Positions 19,532 through 30,671 of a stretch of DNA of 64,000 nucleotides are shown in pieces. The notes below the pieces were generated by a model, which was not told where the DNA came from, did not search any database, and saw only the letters and a list, made by a program, of their open reading frames with translations. This DNA comes from Thermoplasmata archaeon (lineage in GTDB: Archaea; Thermoplasmatota; Thermoplasmata; WALJ01): assembly GCA_027006785.1 (NCBI GenBank), contig JALTFR010000032.1, positions 67,685 through 131,684 of the forward strand, written 5' to 3'. The position numbers were made by a program, and so were the translations under genes. Each line of letters starts with the position of its first letter. The first letter of the stretch is position 1.

Positions 19532-19614
19532 GATGGTGGAAAGAGTTTTCTGGTTTAAAAACCGTCGCCTTTTCCATTCCATTCAAAACCCTTATTAACC
19601 AACCCTGTAATCCA

Positions 19615-20049
19615 ATGAGCATGAAAGTTCTGGTTGTCATGGGAAGCAAGAGCGACATGCCTGTCGCCGAGAAGGTCGAGGCCATACTGAAGGAATTCGG
19701 TGTTCCTTACGAGATAGAGGTGGCGTCAGCGCATCGCAATCCTCCGAAGGTCGAGGCCCTTGCGAAGAGGGAGGATGTGGATCTGTTCATAGCCATAGCG
19801 GGGCTGAGCGCTGCGCTCCCCGGTGTCATAGCTTCGCACACGACAAAGCCAGTCATAGGCGTGCCTGTCAGCGGAAAGGTCAATCTGGATTCAATACTCT
19901 CCATAGTGCAGATGCCTCCGGGAATACCTGTGGCCGCAGTCGGTCTTGACAACGGAAAGAACGCCGCCATGCTCGCGGTGGAGATACTTGCGATGAAATA
20001 CCCTGAGCTTACCGAGAAGATAGAGGCATATCGGGAGAAGATGAGGTGA
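19615..20049 (+). CDS. purE: AIR carboxylase / N5-CAIR mutase PurE
   Basis: [40 protein letters not shown]. Confidence 0.96.
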   Translation: MSMKVLVVMGSKSDMPVAEKVEAILKEFGVPYEIEVASAHRNPPKVEALAKREDVDLFIAIAGLSAALPGVIASHTTKPVIGVPVSGKVNLDSILSIVQMPPGIPVAAVGLDNGKNAAMLAVEILAMKYPELTEKIEAYREKMR

Positions 20050-20053
20050 TGCT

Positions 20054-20998
20054 TTGGACCCTGCGAAATTTGTCGAGGACAGCATAAAGGAACTGAGGGA
20101 GACCATAGACGGAAAGGCCATAATTGCCATATCCGGAGGTGTGGATTCATCGGTGGCAGCGGCGATAACCTCTCAGGCAATCGGAGACAGGCTGACGGGT
20201 GTCTTCGTGGACACCGGATACATGAGAAAGAACGAGGCTGAGGAGGTAAGGGAGATATTCTCGGAATACGACCTCGATTTTCGCATAGTTGATGCCAGCG
20301 ATGACTTCTACGAGTCATTGTCCGGGGTAACAGACCCTGAGAGGAAGAGGAAGATAATAGGCGCGAAGTTCATAGATGTATTCAGGGAGGTGGCCGCAGA
20401 GGTCGGTGCCGAGTATCTCATCCAGGGGACCATAGCGCCTGACTGGATAGAGAGCGGAGGAGAGCTCAGAGACACCATAAAGAGTCATCACAATGTCGGG
20501 GGGCTTCCCAAGAAACTGGGAATGAAACTTGTGGAACCTCTCAGGGACCTTTACAAAGATGAAGTAAGGGAACTGGCTCGCTACCTGAAGCTGAATGTCG
20601 CGGAGAGACAGCCATTTCCCGGGCCGGGACTTGCCATAAGGGTCATAGGTGAGGCTAGCCCGGAGCGCGTCGCAATAGTGAGAGAGGCGAATTACATCGC
20701 TGAGCAGGAGATTGAGAGGGCGGTTGAAGAGGGAAAGATGAGCATGCCGTGGCAGTACTTCGCCGTTCTTCTCCCTGTGAAGACCGTCGGGGTCCACGGA
20801 GACCTGAGGGCGTACGGTGAGACCATCGTGGTCCGGGCTGTGGAATCAATGGATGCGATGAGTGCAACCTACTCAAGAATTCCTCACGAGGTTCTGGACA
20901 GGATATCCCGCAGGATAACCAACGAACTGGGCGACAGGGTGAACAGGGTCGTCTACGACATAACGAACAAGCCGCCGGGAACCATAGAGTGGGAGTGA
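20054..20998 (+). CDS. guaA: GMP synthase subunit B (ATPPase)
   Basis: SGGVDSS, DPERKRKIIG, IKSHHNVGG, PFPGPGLAIR, KPPGTIEWE; no glutaminase domain. Confidence 0.96.
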   Translation: MDPAKFVEDSIKELRETIDGKAIIAISGGVDSSVAAAITSQAIGDRLTGVFVDTGYMRKNEAEEVREIFSEYDLDFRIVDASDDFYESLSGVTDPERKRKIIGAKFIDVFREVAAEVGAEYLIQGTIAPDWIESGGELRDTIKSHHNVGGLPKKLGMKLVEPLRDLYKDEVRELARYLKLNVAERQPFPGPGLAIRVIGEASPERVAIVREANYIAEQEIERAVEEGKMSMPWQYFAVLLPVKTVGVHGDLRAYGETIVVRAVESMDAMSATYSRIPHEVLDRISRRITNELGDRVNRVVYDITNKPPGTIEWE

Positions 20999-20999
20999 A

Positions 21000-21839
21000 A
21001 TGGCGAGGGCCTTCGCTCCGGGCCATATAACCGGTTTCTTCGCACCTTACAGGGATGAAGACCCTGTTAAGTCAGGTTCATGGGGTGCCGGCTTTGCCAT
21101 AGACCTTGGAGCGACGGCAGAGGTGGAGCTCCACGGCTCAGGAATTGAGATAGAGCTTCCCTATGGTGATGGAGAGGTAACAAGAAAGGCCGTTGAGACG
21201 GCGCTCTCCGAGAGCCATGAGAAGGGAGTTCGTGTAGATATAGAACTGCAGCTCCCTGTGGGCCAGGGGTTCGGGATGAGCGCTGCAGGAACCCTTGCAA
21301 CGACCATGGCGCTCGCTGAACTGCTCGGAAAGGAGAGGGGGGATGCACTCCGATGGGCCCATACCGCGGAGGTCCTTTCAGGAACAGGGCTCAGCGATGC
21401 CATCGGAAGTTATTACGGAGGGCTTGTCGTCCGAAAGGAACCCGGGCTTCCGCCCTACGGTGAGGTAATAAAAAAAGATGTCATCAGAGAGGTCTGGATA
21501 ATGGTGGTCGGAGAGCCTATTGATACGAGGGAATTCCTGCAGAGAAGGGGGAATGAAGTAATAGAGGCAGGAAAAAAGGCACTTTCCGAACTTCTTTCAG
21601 ACATCTCCTTCTCGAATTTCATTAGACAGAGCAGGGAATTCGCAGAGGATATCGCGATAGGTGATGCGCTCCGCCACATACCCGATGGGTTCAGGGGAAG
21701 CCAGGTCATGCTGGGAAATTCGGTCTTCTTCACCTCTTCAGGCTCCGGAATGGTCAACCTGTCCGGGAAAAAGGCAGAGGCACCTCTGAAGGCCATAAGG
21801 TGCAGAATAGACAACACGGGGGCGAGGGTCATTGGGTAA
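21000..21839 (+). CDS. pok: Pantoate kinase (GHMP family)
   Basis: AFAPGHITGFF, GS.GAG, PVGQGFGMSAA, HTAEV..GTGLSD, GGLVVRKEPG. Confidence 0.9.
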   Translation: MARAFAPGHITGFFAPYRDEDPVKSGSWGAGFAIDLGATAEVELHGSGIEIELPYGDGEVTRKAVETALSESHEKGVRVDIELQLPVGQGFGMSAAGTLATTMALAELLGKERGDALRWAHTAEVLSGTGLSDAIGSYYGGLVVRKEPGLPPYGEVIKKDVIREVWIMVVGEPIDTREFLQRRGNEVIEAGKKALSELLSDISFSNFIRQSREFAEDIAIGDALRHIPDGFRGSQVMLGNSVFFTSSGSGMVNLSGKKAEAPLKAIRCRIDNTGARVIG

Positions 21840-23037
21840 GCAGGGAAAACTGAGCGAAGAGGAGATGAGGTTCGCAAAGGCCAGGTTCTTCCGGTATTAC
21901 TCCAGGGCAGAGATAGATCCACCTCCAAGGGTCGCACTGCGTGAATGGGGCTTCTTTCTCTTTGGCGGCGACAGGATGCACAGGCCGGTGACCTTCGATG
22001 GAAGAGAGAGCATGAAGGACTACCTCTTCCGAAAGGTCCCGAGGCACGCATACTATTCAACAGCGTATTACAGGAATCCCGGAATGCCGATGGAATCACC
22101 TGAGAAGGGATGGATGGGTGCGGACCTCATATTCGACCTCGACGCGGACGGGCTGCCCGGCGCTGATAAACTGAGCTACGAAGAGCAGCTTGAAGCGGTG
22201 AAGAAGGAGATAATTAGGCTCTACGATGTATTCCTTCAGGAGCACCTCGGTTTTTCCGACGATGAGATGTCCCTTGTATTCTCTGGAGGTAGGGGGTATC
22301 ACATACACATACGAAGCCCGTCCGTGCTGGACATGAACTCGGATGAGAGAAGGCAGATAATGGACTATGTGGCAGGAAACTTTCAGGAGTTCAGCGAGGT
22401 CTTTCCGAAGAAGAGGGTGCCAGGAAGAGGCACCGTGAAGGAAGTTCCCCTGCTTCCAACAGAGGAAGGCGGATGGAGGGGAATGGTGAGGGAGGAGGCA
22501 GCCCTGCTCATAAGCACATTTCAGATGCTCGGAAGAGAGGGCTCCGTCGAGCTCATGAAGGATGTGGGAGTAAGGAGGGACGTGGGAGCAAGGATATATG
22601 AGCGGCTCTTAGAGGGGGAGAGATATAGAAGCATGATGAAGACAGGAGACCTGAGCATCTTTAAAAGCGATGCTGAACTGAATGCCTTCTTTAAGGTCCT
22701 TGAGGCAGAAATAAGGGAGAAATACGCGGTGCATCCCGATGTCCATGTCACTCCTGATATACGGAGGCTCATCCGACTTCCGGGCTCGCTTCACGGAGGA
22801 ACAGGTTTTCTTGTAAGGGAGATATCCAGAGATGAACTCGATGATTTCACGCCAACGAGAGATGCGATACCTTCCATATACGAAGACGAGGCCCTCATAG
22901 GTGTTGAGGCAGAGAATCCTGTGAAAATAAGCATATCCGGTCAGGAATACCGGCTCAAGGGCAGGCAGAAGGTCCCCGAGGCAGTGGCTGTGTTTCTGAT
23001 ACTTTCGGGCAGAGCATCTCTATCGGGAAAGCTTTAA
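21832..23037 (+). CDS. priS: DNA primase small (catalytic) subunit
   Basis: REWGF, YYSTAYY, GWMGADLIFDLD, FSGGRGYHIH, DVHVTPDIRRLIRLPGSLHG. Confidence 0.96.
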   Translation: MGKQGKLSEEEMRFAKARFFRYYSRAEIDPPPRVALREWGFFLFGGDRMHRPVTFDGRESMKDYLFRKVPRHAYYSTAYYRNPGMPMESPEKGWMGADLIFDLDADGLPGADKLSYEEQLEAVKKEIIRLYDVFLQEHLGFSDDEMSLVFSGGRGYHIHIRSPSVLDMNSDERRQIMDYVAGNFQEFSEVFPKKRVPGRGTVKEVPLLPTEEGGWRGMVREEAALLISTFQMLGREGSVELMKDVGVRRDVGARIYERLLEGERYRSMMKTGDLSIFKSDAELNAFFKVLEAEIREKYAVHPDVHVTPDIRRLIRLPGSLHGGTGFLVREISRDELDDFTPTRDAIPSIYEDEALIGVEAENPVKISISGQEYRLKGRQKVPEAVAVFLILSGRASLSGKL

Positions 23038-23060
23038 AAGCATAAAATGAATGGGCTCCT

Positions 23061-24710
23061 ATGTCAAAAAGGGCGGTGTTCATCACTGCGGCTCTCATCA
23101 TGGCCCTTGTGTTCTCAGGATGCATCATGCCTGACGAGCCTGCTGTCGTCGGCGACCACACAGCCCCGAAGATATCACTTTTATCGCCCGAGAACAACTC
23201 ATTCATAAGGCCGGGAGACGTGATATCACTATCAGTGGTGGATGAGAACCTCAGTTCTGTCATTTATTCCCTCGACGGACTGCCCTTCGAAGACCTTTAC
23301 TATCCATTCGAGATATCCACATCCAACTGGTCAGAGGGAAATCACAGCCTGCGTGTTATAGCGGAGGATGCGGGAGGAAACAACCGGAGCGCTCTCTATG
23401 TTTTCCACATAGACCTGACTCCCCCTGAGATATCACTTCTTTTCCCTGCGAACAACTCTGCCATAGAGAGCAATTCCGAGATAAGGCTATCAATAGAGGA
23501 TGTGAACTTCAGGAGCGCCAACTACACTCTTGACGGAGGGGGCCCGAGGATTCTCACCTATCCGTTCATCATACCCGTAAAATGGTGGTCCGAAGGCCCG
23601 CACACGATAAAGGTGAACGCCAATGACATGGCATGGAACAGAGGGAGCGCCACATACAGTTTCATAATAGACAACAGGCCCACGGAGATAGTCCTCGTTT
23701 CACCGTCATCGAGGGTCATAAGGCCGGGCGTTCCCATTGTATTCGATATAGAGGAAGAGAACCTCAGGAACCTTACCTGCACCGTGAACGGAAGGTCAGT
23801 TGATTTCAGCGAGCACCGGATTGATACAACTGGCTGGCCGGACGGCCCTTATTTCATCCAGATAAACGCAAGCGACCTCGCAGGACACATAAAGAGCCAG
23901 TCATACCTCTTTGAAGTGGATTCCACTCCCCCACAGATAAGCTCCGACATAGCCAGCGGTTTAAAGCTCATCATGAACGGCACACTGGATTTCATGAACA
24001 ACACATTCACTCATGAAGGCGGAAAGGTCTCAGTGGATGTTGAGGACGAGCACCCGGGATATGAGAGATATTCACTCAACGGAGGGCCATACACAACACT
24101 TCGGGGGGGAGCGCTCAATCTCTATGGAATACGCGGCAGGCAGGCGAACATAAGCATACTCGCAGAGGACCTTGCAGGAAACAGAGCCTATCTGAACATG
24201 AGCATAGTGCCGGAATACAACCTGACGATAATCATGGGGATGAACGAATCGGAGGTCGCCCTGCCCTTCATATTCAACGACACATACATAAGAACCGTCT
24301 TAAGCAGCATAAACAGCAGTTATTCAAAGGCCCTCACCTTCGTAAACGGCACATGGAGGTCGTTCAACCCGGCATATCCGGACAAATATAACCTCGACTT
24401 CCTGCATGTCGAGACATACATGGGTCTGCAGTTACAGGTCAATAAGAGCCGGGCGGTTCTCAGAATTTCAGGCCCTCTTCCTGAGAAGTACACCCTGCAT
24501 CTCAGAAAGGGCTCGAATTTCTTACCCTATCTTTCCATGAGGGCGATGAGGCTTGACAGGGCATTCGCATACGTCCCGTGGTACAGAGTGCAGAGGTGGG
24601 ACTGGCAGAAGGGGGACTATGTGGACATGCGTGGAAACGAGACACTTCTTCCTGGCCATGCATACTGGGTCTATACCTCGGCGGAATGCATTATAACCTA
24701 TGATTTTTAG
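23061..24710 (+). CDS. Lipoprotein with tandem Ig-like domains
   Basis: Lipobox ALVFSGC; repeated D.T.P.I / W.EG.H.....A.D.AGN Ig-like units. Confidence 0.85.
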   Translation: MSKRAVFITAALIMALVFSGCIMPDEPAVVGDHTAPKISLLSPENNSFIRPGDVISLSVVDENLSSVIYSLDGLPFEDLYYPFEISTSNWSEGNHSLRVIAEDAGGNNRSALYVFHIDLTPPEISLLFPANNSAIESNSEIRLSIEDVNFRSANYTLDGGGPRILTYPFIIPVKWWSEGPHTIKVNANDMAWNRGSATYSFIIDNRPTEIVLVSPSSRVIRPGVPIVFDIEEENLRNLTCTVNGRSVDFSEHRIDTTGWPDGPYFIQINASDLAGHIKSQSYLFEVDSTPPQISSDIASGLKLIMNGTLDFMNNTFTHEGGKVSVDVEDEHPGYERYSLNGGPYTTLRGGALNLYGIRGRQANISILAEDLAGNRAYLNMSIVPEYNLTIIMGMNESEVALPFIFNDTYIRTVLSSINSSYSKALTFVNGTWRSFNPAYPDKYNLDFLHVETYMGLQLQVNKSRAVLRISGPLPEKYTLHLRKGSNFLPYLSMRAMRLDRAFAYVPWYRVQRWDWQKGDYVDMRGNETLLPGHAYWVYTSAECIITYDF

Positions 24711-24812
24711 TTTTTGTCGTCCAGTTATTCACTTTTAGACGATATAGGCGAGATTTTACCAAAAGACATATATAGGAGTGCTAACTAGACAGAGTAGAAT
24801 GGAGGTTTAACC

Positions 24813-26858
24813 ATGAAAAGAAATATAAGTATGATGATCGCCGCATTCCTCGCACTTGCCATGCTGGCATCTGTGATACCCATGGCAGAGGCAGGTATGC
24901 AGGAAATAGGAACAGAGGCTACAATAGGCACTGTAAGCCCGGGAAACCAGAATTACACGTCAGTGCCGGCATATGTAAATTTCACTGCCAGTATAACCGG
25001 TCTTGCAGCTAATGAGACACCGTACATCAATCTGACAGGAACAGAGTACAAGATGCTCTACAATTCGACGAACAGTGATTATTTCTACAACTGGACCAGC
25101 AACATAACAGAGGGCATATTCACCTACTGGATTGTTGTACGTGACAATACCACAGGCAACATTACCGGAAAGTCAGACAACTACACCATAATGATAGATA
25201 AGACCGGCCCGGTAATAACTGCACCGGTCAGCCATGTAGAAGGACACCCTACAGTGATAACCATTACCGACGCGGTATCCGGTGTTAAGAACGCTACGAT
25301 AACAATAACGAAGGGAAACAGCTCGATGTACAGCTCTACCATAAATGCAACGGACGGTAGGATAGACTGGTCAAGGAACATAGGTCCGGGCACCTACAAT
25401 TACACCATAGATGCGGTGGATATGTTCGGCAATCCTTCGAATGCAACCGGCAACTTTACGGTAACAGAAGATACGGCAGCGCCGGTCATAAGCAATGTCG
25501 CAGCGACACCGCTGAGCGTTCCGCAGAATGGATACATCAACATAACTGCGAATGTGAGTGATGCAGGCGTTGGTGTTGATACCGTTCTGGCCAACATAAC
25601 CTACCCTAATGGCACACACTACACTAAGCTCATGATGCTCTTCAATGGAACATACTATTATAACAGTACATATAGTGATATAGGAAGTTATTCCTTCTTC
25701 ATATGGGCGAACGACACGAAGAACAATGCAGACAACAGCAGCTCATATTCCTTCGAGGTAACCGATGCAACCGCTCCGACGATAAACAACTACTCAGCAG
25801 CTGCAATAGGCGCTACGAGGATGCTCATAGTTGCCAACATAACGGACAATTACGATGCTGCAGATACGCTGCAGGTATCTGTGACAGTCATAGATAGCAG
25901 TGCAGTACCAGTTGTAACAAATGTCAGCATGATATATAATGTAACTCTCGGAATCTACACATACCTCACCGATTCCCTCAGCATAGGGCACTATACCTAT
26001 GAGATATATGCCGCAGATAAAGCCGGAAACATGGCCGAGGTTCAGGGGGCCTTTGACATAGTGGACAGCGTAGCACCGTCCATAACCAATGTAAACGTGC
26101 CTTCCAATATCGTGGAGCACCAGAATGTCACCATAACCTGTGTGGTGCAGGACAATGTGGACGATGTGACGAACATTACCGTTAGCATAAGCGTGGATGG
26201 AACAAGCTACCCCATGGCATACAGCGGAAGCAACAATGTCTTCGAGTACACGATAAAAGATGTCACTTTCGGAAATCACACATTTGTCATAACTGCCACC
26301 GACAGCTCGGATAACACCGCGAACACAACTGCTCAGACATTCTTTGCAAAGGATTCCGAAGCTCCTGAGCTGGATCAGGGAAATTCGAGCATACCTACAC
26401 AGGGAACTCTCGGAGAGAAGATAACCTTCAGTGTGGCTCTTCAGGATGACGACCCTGTTACAAGCGTAACTCTCTACTACAGCGTTGACAACGGAAACCA
26501 GACAAGTGTCCCGATGACTCTCCAGAACGGAAAGTATGTTGCAAGCATAACTGTGAACTCTGGAAGCACTCTGAACTACAGGATTGTCGCAGATGACGGT
26601 CAGAGCCCACCGACCACTGTTGCTCAGGGCAACATGAAACTCTCCCAGAAATCAACGATGTCAACCGCTATGCTCGCAGGAATAGGTATACTCCTTCTGA
26701 TAATCATCATAGCAGTAATAGCAGTTATGATGAAGAAGAAGCCTGCTGAAGCACCTGCTGAGGAATCAACAGAGGAGCCTGAAGAAGAGTCTTCCGAGGA
26801 AGTGTCCGAAGAAGAATCCGATAGCGGAGAAGATGACGAGCTCGGAGAGGAGCTCTAA
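24813..26858 (+). CDS. Membrane-anchored surface glycoprotein with tandem Ig-like domains
   Basis: GGAGG RBS; signal peptide; DxTAPxI repeats; many N-x-S/T; C-terminal TM + KKK + acidic tail. Confidence 0.88.
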   Translation: MKRNISMMIAAFLALAMLASVIPMAEAGMQEIGTEATIGTVSPGNQNYTSVPAYVNFTASITGLAANETPYINLTGTEYKMLYNSTNSDYFYNWTSNITEGIFTYWIVVRDNTTGNITGKSDNYTIMIDKTGPVITAPVSHVEGHPTVITITDAVSGVKNATITITKGNSSMYSSTINATDGRIDWSRNIGPGTYNYTIDAVDMFGNPSNATGNFTVTEDTAAPVISNVAATPLSVPQNGYINITANVSDAGVGVDTVLANITYPNGTHYTKLMMLFNGTYYYNSTYSDIGSYSFFIWANDTKNNADNSSSYSFEVTDATAPTINNYSAAAIGATRMLIVANITDNYDAADTLQVSVTVIDSSAVPVVTNVSMIYNVTLGIYTYLTDSLSIGHYTYEIYAADKAGNMAEVQGAFDIVDSVAPSITNVNVPSNIVEHQNVTITCVVQDNVDDVTNITVSISVDGTSYPMAYSGSNNVFEYTIKDVTFGNHTFVITATDSSDNTANTTAQTFFAKDSEAPELDQGNSSIPTQGTLGEKITFSVALQDDDPVTSVTLYYSVDNGNQTSVPMTLQNGKYVASITVNSGSTLNYRIVADDGQSPPTTVAQGNMKLSQKSTMSTAMLAGIGILLLIIIIAVIAVMMKKKPAEAPAEESTEEPEEESSEEVSEEESDSGEDDELGEEL

Positions 26859-26884
26859 AACCACTTTCCAATTCTTTTATTTTT
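26859..26884 (+). terminator. Pyrimidine/oligo-T tract between convergent genes
   Basis: CCACTTTCCAATTCTTTTATTTTT directly after the stop; typical archaeal terminator composition. Confidence 0.45.
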
Positions 26885-27696
26885 CACCGTTTTGAAGGAA
26901 CTTTATCTCCATATATTTTGTATGCCAGGTATCCCAGCATGGCAACGCTCATCCTTGCGGCATACCAGAATGTGAAGTGATGGTCCAGCATGTTTCCCGG
27001 CTTGTATTTTCCCCAGAGGTTTCCATGTTTCATCGTGAGCTGCTTTCTTCCGTATCCGTTCCAGAAGGCCTGTTTGAAGAATCCGAGGAATGTGTCCCTG
27101 GTCTTGTGGTAGACTATTGCCTTTTCGTTGTAGACCATCTTTGCGCCTGCCCTCACGGCCCTTATATTCAGGTCTATGTCCTCTGCTGTTACGAACCACG
27201 GGTCAAAACCCCCTATTCTCTCAAAAAGTTGCTTCCGATACAGGAGGTTACAGCTTGGATATGTGACATCGTAACCGCGGTAGTACAGTTCCACCCTCTC
27301 GAGCTCCTCGAAGGCCCGATATCCTATGGGAATGCTCTTTCCTGCCACGACATCAGCGCCTTCTTTCAGGCTCTTCCTCATTTCCTTTAGCCAGAAGGGG
27401 TTTGGAATGTCGTCTCCGTCTATGAACGCAACGGCCTCACCCTTTGCCATTTTAACCCCGTAGTTCCTTCCCTCACCCCTTGTCCCACCCATGATATACA
27501 GTCTTATGAAATCATGCTCTCTTTGATACTCCTCTATGATATCAACGGTGCTGTCGCTGCTGTGCGCATCAACGATGACCACTTCGAAGGGTCTCTCCTG
27601 AACAAGAAGCCCATCCAGAAGGTTTGCGATGTTCTTTTCCTCGTTTCGGACCGTTATCACGACGCTTATGAGCATCGGCCCCACATATCCTTTCAA
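26884..27696 (-). CDS. Glycosyltransferase family 2
   Basis: ISVVITVRNEE, IVDAHSSDST, AFIDGD, GGFD....AED. Confidence 0.92.
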   Translation of the reverse strand: MKGYVGPMLISVVITVRNEEKNIANLLDGLLVQERPFEVVIVDAHSSDSTVDIIEEYQREHDFIRLYIMGGTRGEGRNYGVKMAKGEAVAFIDGDDIPNPFWLKEMRKSLKEGADVVAGKSIPIGYRAFEELERVELYYRGYDVTYPSCNLLYRKQLFERIGGFDPWFVTAEDIDLNIRAVRAGAKMVYNEKAIVYHKTRDTFLGFFKQAFWNGYGRKQLTMKHGNLWGKYKPGNMLDHHFTFWYAARMSVAMLGYLAYKIYGDKVPSKR

Positions 27697-29363
27697 TTAA
27701 TAGTATTTTCCTTGATGAGAGTGCTCACCACTCCCTCTATTCCATCTATGGCCACCCTTTCCTGCTCCTTGCTGTCCCTTTGCCTGAGCGTAACGGTACC
27801 GTCCTTCAGGCTGTCGTAGTCCACTGTTATGCAGTAGGGAGTACCGATCTCATCCATTCTCGCATATCTGCGGCCTATTGAACCCGAATCGTCATAAACG
27901 GACCTTATCCCTGCGGCACTCAGCCTCCTGTGTATGTCCATCGCCATCTCATCCAGCCCGTCCTTGGGCATTAACGGGAACACGCCCACCTTCACAGGTG
28001 CCACCGAAGGCCTGAGCTTGAGTATGCGGTAATCCCCATCTTTCATGTACGAATGCTCCAGAACAGCATAGAGTATCCTGTCTATGCCATAGGATGGCTC
28101 TATCACATGGGGAACGAAGTCCTCGCCGCTCACCTTCTTTTTTGCCTTCCTGATGGTGTATGCGTCCTCGGGCACGATGTACTCCTTTCCATCTATATCT
28201 ACCCTTATGTCGCCGCTCACCGACGAGGCATCCATCTCCTTGAGCTCTTCCGCCACCCTCTTCGCATCGCCTTTGAACAATGGGCCGAGCTTTTTGAAAT
28301 CAGGAACGATCTCCTCAACCTCCATCTCCACAGCCTCTTTGAATGTCCTCCTGGCCTTCAGAGATTCTCCTGAGAACTGCATGTGTCTTCTCAGGTCGTA
28401 ATCGGTCCTGTCCGCTATACCCACTATCTCCGTCCATCCATATGAAAGCAGGACCTCGGCATCCCAGCAGTCATCGGCATAGTGCGCCATCTCCTCCATG
28501 AGATGCTCCCTGAACCTGAGCCTCTTCTCATCTATTCCTATCTCAAGCAGGAACGAACGTGTAAGCCCCACGAAGTAGGCTAGGGCTTCGTTCTTTATGA
28601 TGCTCTTCTCAACGGCCTCTCCAAGGCTCATTCTGAACTCCCCGCCGGTATTTGGAAGCAGAAGGACCTCGGCATCCCTGTACCTCTCGAATCCGGGCCA
28701 TCTTTTGTTCTCAGGGTCGAAGAAGACCTCGGCCTCCGCCATGTTGAACTCCCTGAGCCTCAGAAGTCCCTGCCTCGGGCTTATCTCGTTCCTGAACCCC
28801 TTTCCTATCTGAACCGCACCGAATGGGAGTTTCTCCCTGAAATACCTGTAAAGCGATGGGAAGTCCATGAACATCGCCTGAGCGGTCTCTGGCCTCAGAT
28901 AACCCGTCCGCTCCCTTTTGCCCTTCGGCCCTATCTTTGTTCTGAACATAAGGTTGAACGGCTCTGGCTTCGAGAGAGGGCCTCCGCATTCTGGGCATTT
29001 CACACCTTCTTTTTTCATCTCCTGCCAGAGCTCATCGGCAGAGAGCGAGTCCGCATTCTCGATGGAAACCAGATGGTCGGCCCTGAAGGAAGAGCCACAC
29101 CTCTCGCAGACCGTCACCAGGTCCTCGAACTTGTCAAGATGGCCTGATGCACGGAAGACATCCTCGGGGCTCAGGTTGGGGGAGTCTATCTCCGCCATGC
29201 CCTCCTGAAACACATAGTAGCGCCTCCATGTGTCTATGATGTTTCTCTTGAGCGCTGCACCCAGCGGGCCGTAGTCATAGAAGCCCCTCATTCCGCCGTA
29301 TATCTCGAAGGCAGGCCAGATGAAACCCCTGCGCCTTGCCACAGCGAAGACCTTTTCCCACAA
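27693..29363 (-). CDS. glyS: Glycyl-tRNA synthetase (homodimeric, eukaryote/archaea type)
   Basis: YDYGPLG, YLRPETAQ, FRNEISPRQGLLRLREF, PHVIEPSYGIDR, SIGRRYARMDEIGTP. Confidence 0.97.
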   Translation of the reverse strand: MWEKVFAVARRRGFIWPAFEIYGGMRGFYDYGPLGAALKRNIIDTWRRYYVFQEGMAEIDSPNLSPEDVFRASGHLDKFEDLVTVCERCGSSFRADHLVSIENADSLSADELWQEMKKEGVKCPECGGPLSKPEPFNLMFRTKIGPKGKRERTGYLRPETAQAMFMDFPSLYRYFREKLPFGAVQIGKGFRNEISPRQGLLRLREFNMAEAEVFFDPENKRWPGFERYRDAEVLLLPNTGGEFRMSLGEAVEKSIIKNEALAYFVGLTRSFLLEIGIDEKRLRFREHLMEEMAHYADDCWDAEVLLSYGWTEIVGIADRTDYDLRRHMQFSGESLKARRTFKEAVEMEVEEIVPDFKKLGPLFKGDAKRVAEELKEMDASSVSGDIRVDIDGKEYIVPEDAYTIRKAKKKVSGEDFVPHVIEPSYGIDRILYAVLEHSYMKDGDYRILKLRPSVAPVKVGVFPLMPKDGLDEMAMDIHRRLSAAGIRSVYDDSGSIGRRYARMDEIGTPYCITVDYDSLKDGTVTLRQRDSKEQERVAIDGIEGVVSTLIKENTIN

Positions 29364-29366
29364 CCC

Positions 29367-30215
29367 TCATTCCTCCAGAAGAGTTGCCAGAAGGTCAAGC
29401 TCATATATCATGGCCATGAGCCTGTTGTTTTCATCTGTGATCGGAAGCTGGCCGTAGTCCTTCTCTAGCATTATACGTGCTGCCTCGCTCACAGGAGTGT
29501 TCTTGAAGGTCGTTCTGGGTTCCTTTATCATTATTTTTTCCACGGCTATGTTCGGGACGTCTATCTTTGAAGTTTCATAGTATAGTTTCATTACGTTTTT
29601 GAGTCCTTCCCAGTTCCACGCGTCTTCGTCGTCTCCCAGGCCTATATCCGAGGTCGATACCTTTTTTTCTATGACATTCATATTAAATATATCTCTATCG
29701 CTTATAAGTCCTATCAGCAGGCCGTCATCGTCCACAACTGGAAATGCATAGAGCTTTGCAAGTTTCATCGTCAGAAGAGCCACTTTTAGCGGTGTTTTCC
29801 TGTGGAGAGGTATGCAGGGACTCCTGGCATACTCATAAACTGGCTTCTGTATCTTTTTTTCTGCGATTATCTTCAGGAAGTCAGCAGGTGTGACTATCCC
29901 CTCCACCTTTCCTCTGGAATTCACCACGGGAAGATGGTGTGCCTCGTTGTTCAGAAGGAGTTTTGCGGCGTATTCCACACTGTCATTGGACATTGTGGTC
30001 GGGTGGTCTCTCATCACGAGCAGCGCCAGTTCCTCGGTATCGGGCATCTCAAAAAGCCTCTGCCTCGTTATAAGCCCTATGTATTCTTCTGTGGATTTTT
30101 TCACGACTGGCAGCCCGGTTTTTCTGTTCTTTACCAGTATTTTCACGACTTCATCCCTGTTTCCGGGAAGGTATGCTACTATCGGGTTCTTTACCATGAT
30201 GTCTCCTACTTTCAT
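29367..30215 (-). CDS. CBS domain protein (four CBS repeats)
   Basis: Repeated LPVV...GLIT..D CBS units. Confidence 0.9.
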   Translation of the reverse strand: MKVGDIMVKNPIVAYLPGNRDEVVKILVKNRKTGLPVVKKSTEEYIGLITRQRLFEMPDTEELALLVMRDHPTTMSNDSVEYAAKLLLNNEAHHLPVVNSRGKVEGIVTPADFLKIIAEKKIQKPVYEYARSPCIPLHRKTPLKVALLTMKLAKLYAFPVVDDDGLLIGLISDRDIFNMNVIEKKVSTSDIGLGDDEDAWNWEGLKNVMKLYYETSKIDVPNIAVEKIMIKEPRTTFKNTPVSEAARIMLEKDYGQLPITDENNRLMAMIYELDLLATLLEE

Positions 30216-30671
30216 TCAACGCCTCCTTTTGTTGCGTACCACAAGAACGGGGCAGGGAGCGTGCCTTATGACCTTCTCAGCCACGCTTCCAAGGAGAAGT
30301 TTCTCCAGAGCGCTCTGCCCGAAGCTTCCTATGACTATAAGGTCTGCATCATCTTCTTCTGCTGCTTTGACTATTTCATCGGCAGGTATCCCCTCTCTTT
30401 TTACAGTTCGGATACGGACACCCATTTTATCGGCTTCATCCCTGAGCTCTTCTAGTATCTCATCGCCGTTATCCCTTAGCATGTTAACATAGGCGTATTC
30501 CATATCTTCCAGATCTATTCCAGAGAAATCCCTGATATCCACAACATACACTCCTGTGACCTCTGCCCCCAGCATCTTAGCAAGGCTGAGACCCTTCTTT
30601 ATCGCGCTCTTCGTGTACTCCGAACCATCAGTCGCTATCAGTATCTTCTTTATCTCGTCCATCAGGACCAC
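30216..30671 (-). CDS. Universal stress protein
   Basis: KILIATDGS, G.PADEI, DLIVIGSFG, LLGSVAEKVIRHAPCPVLVV. Confidence 0.93.
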   Translation of the reverse strand: MVLMDEIKKILIATDGSEYTKSAIKKGLSLAKMLGAEVTGVYVVDIRDFSGIDLEDMEYAYVNMLRDNGDEILEELRDEADKMGVRIRTVKREGIPADEIVKAAEEDDADLIVIGSFGQSALEKLLLGSVAEKVIRHAPCPVLVVRNKRRR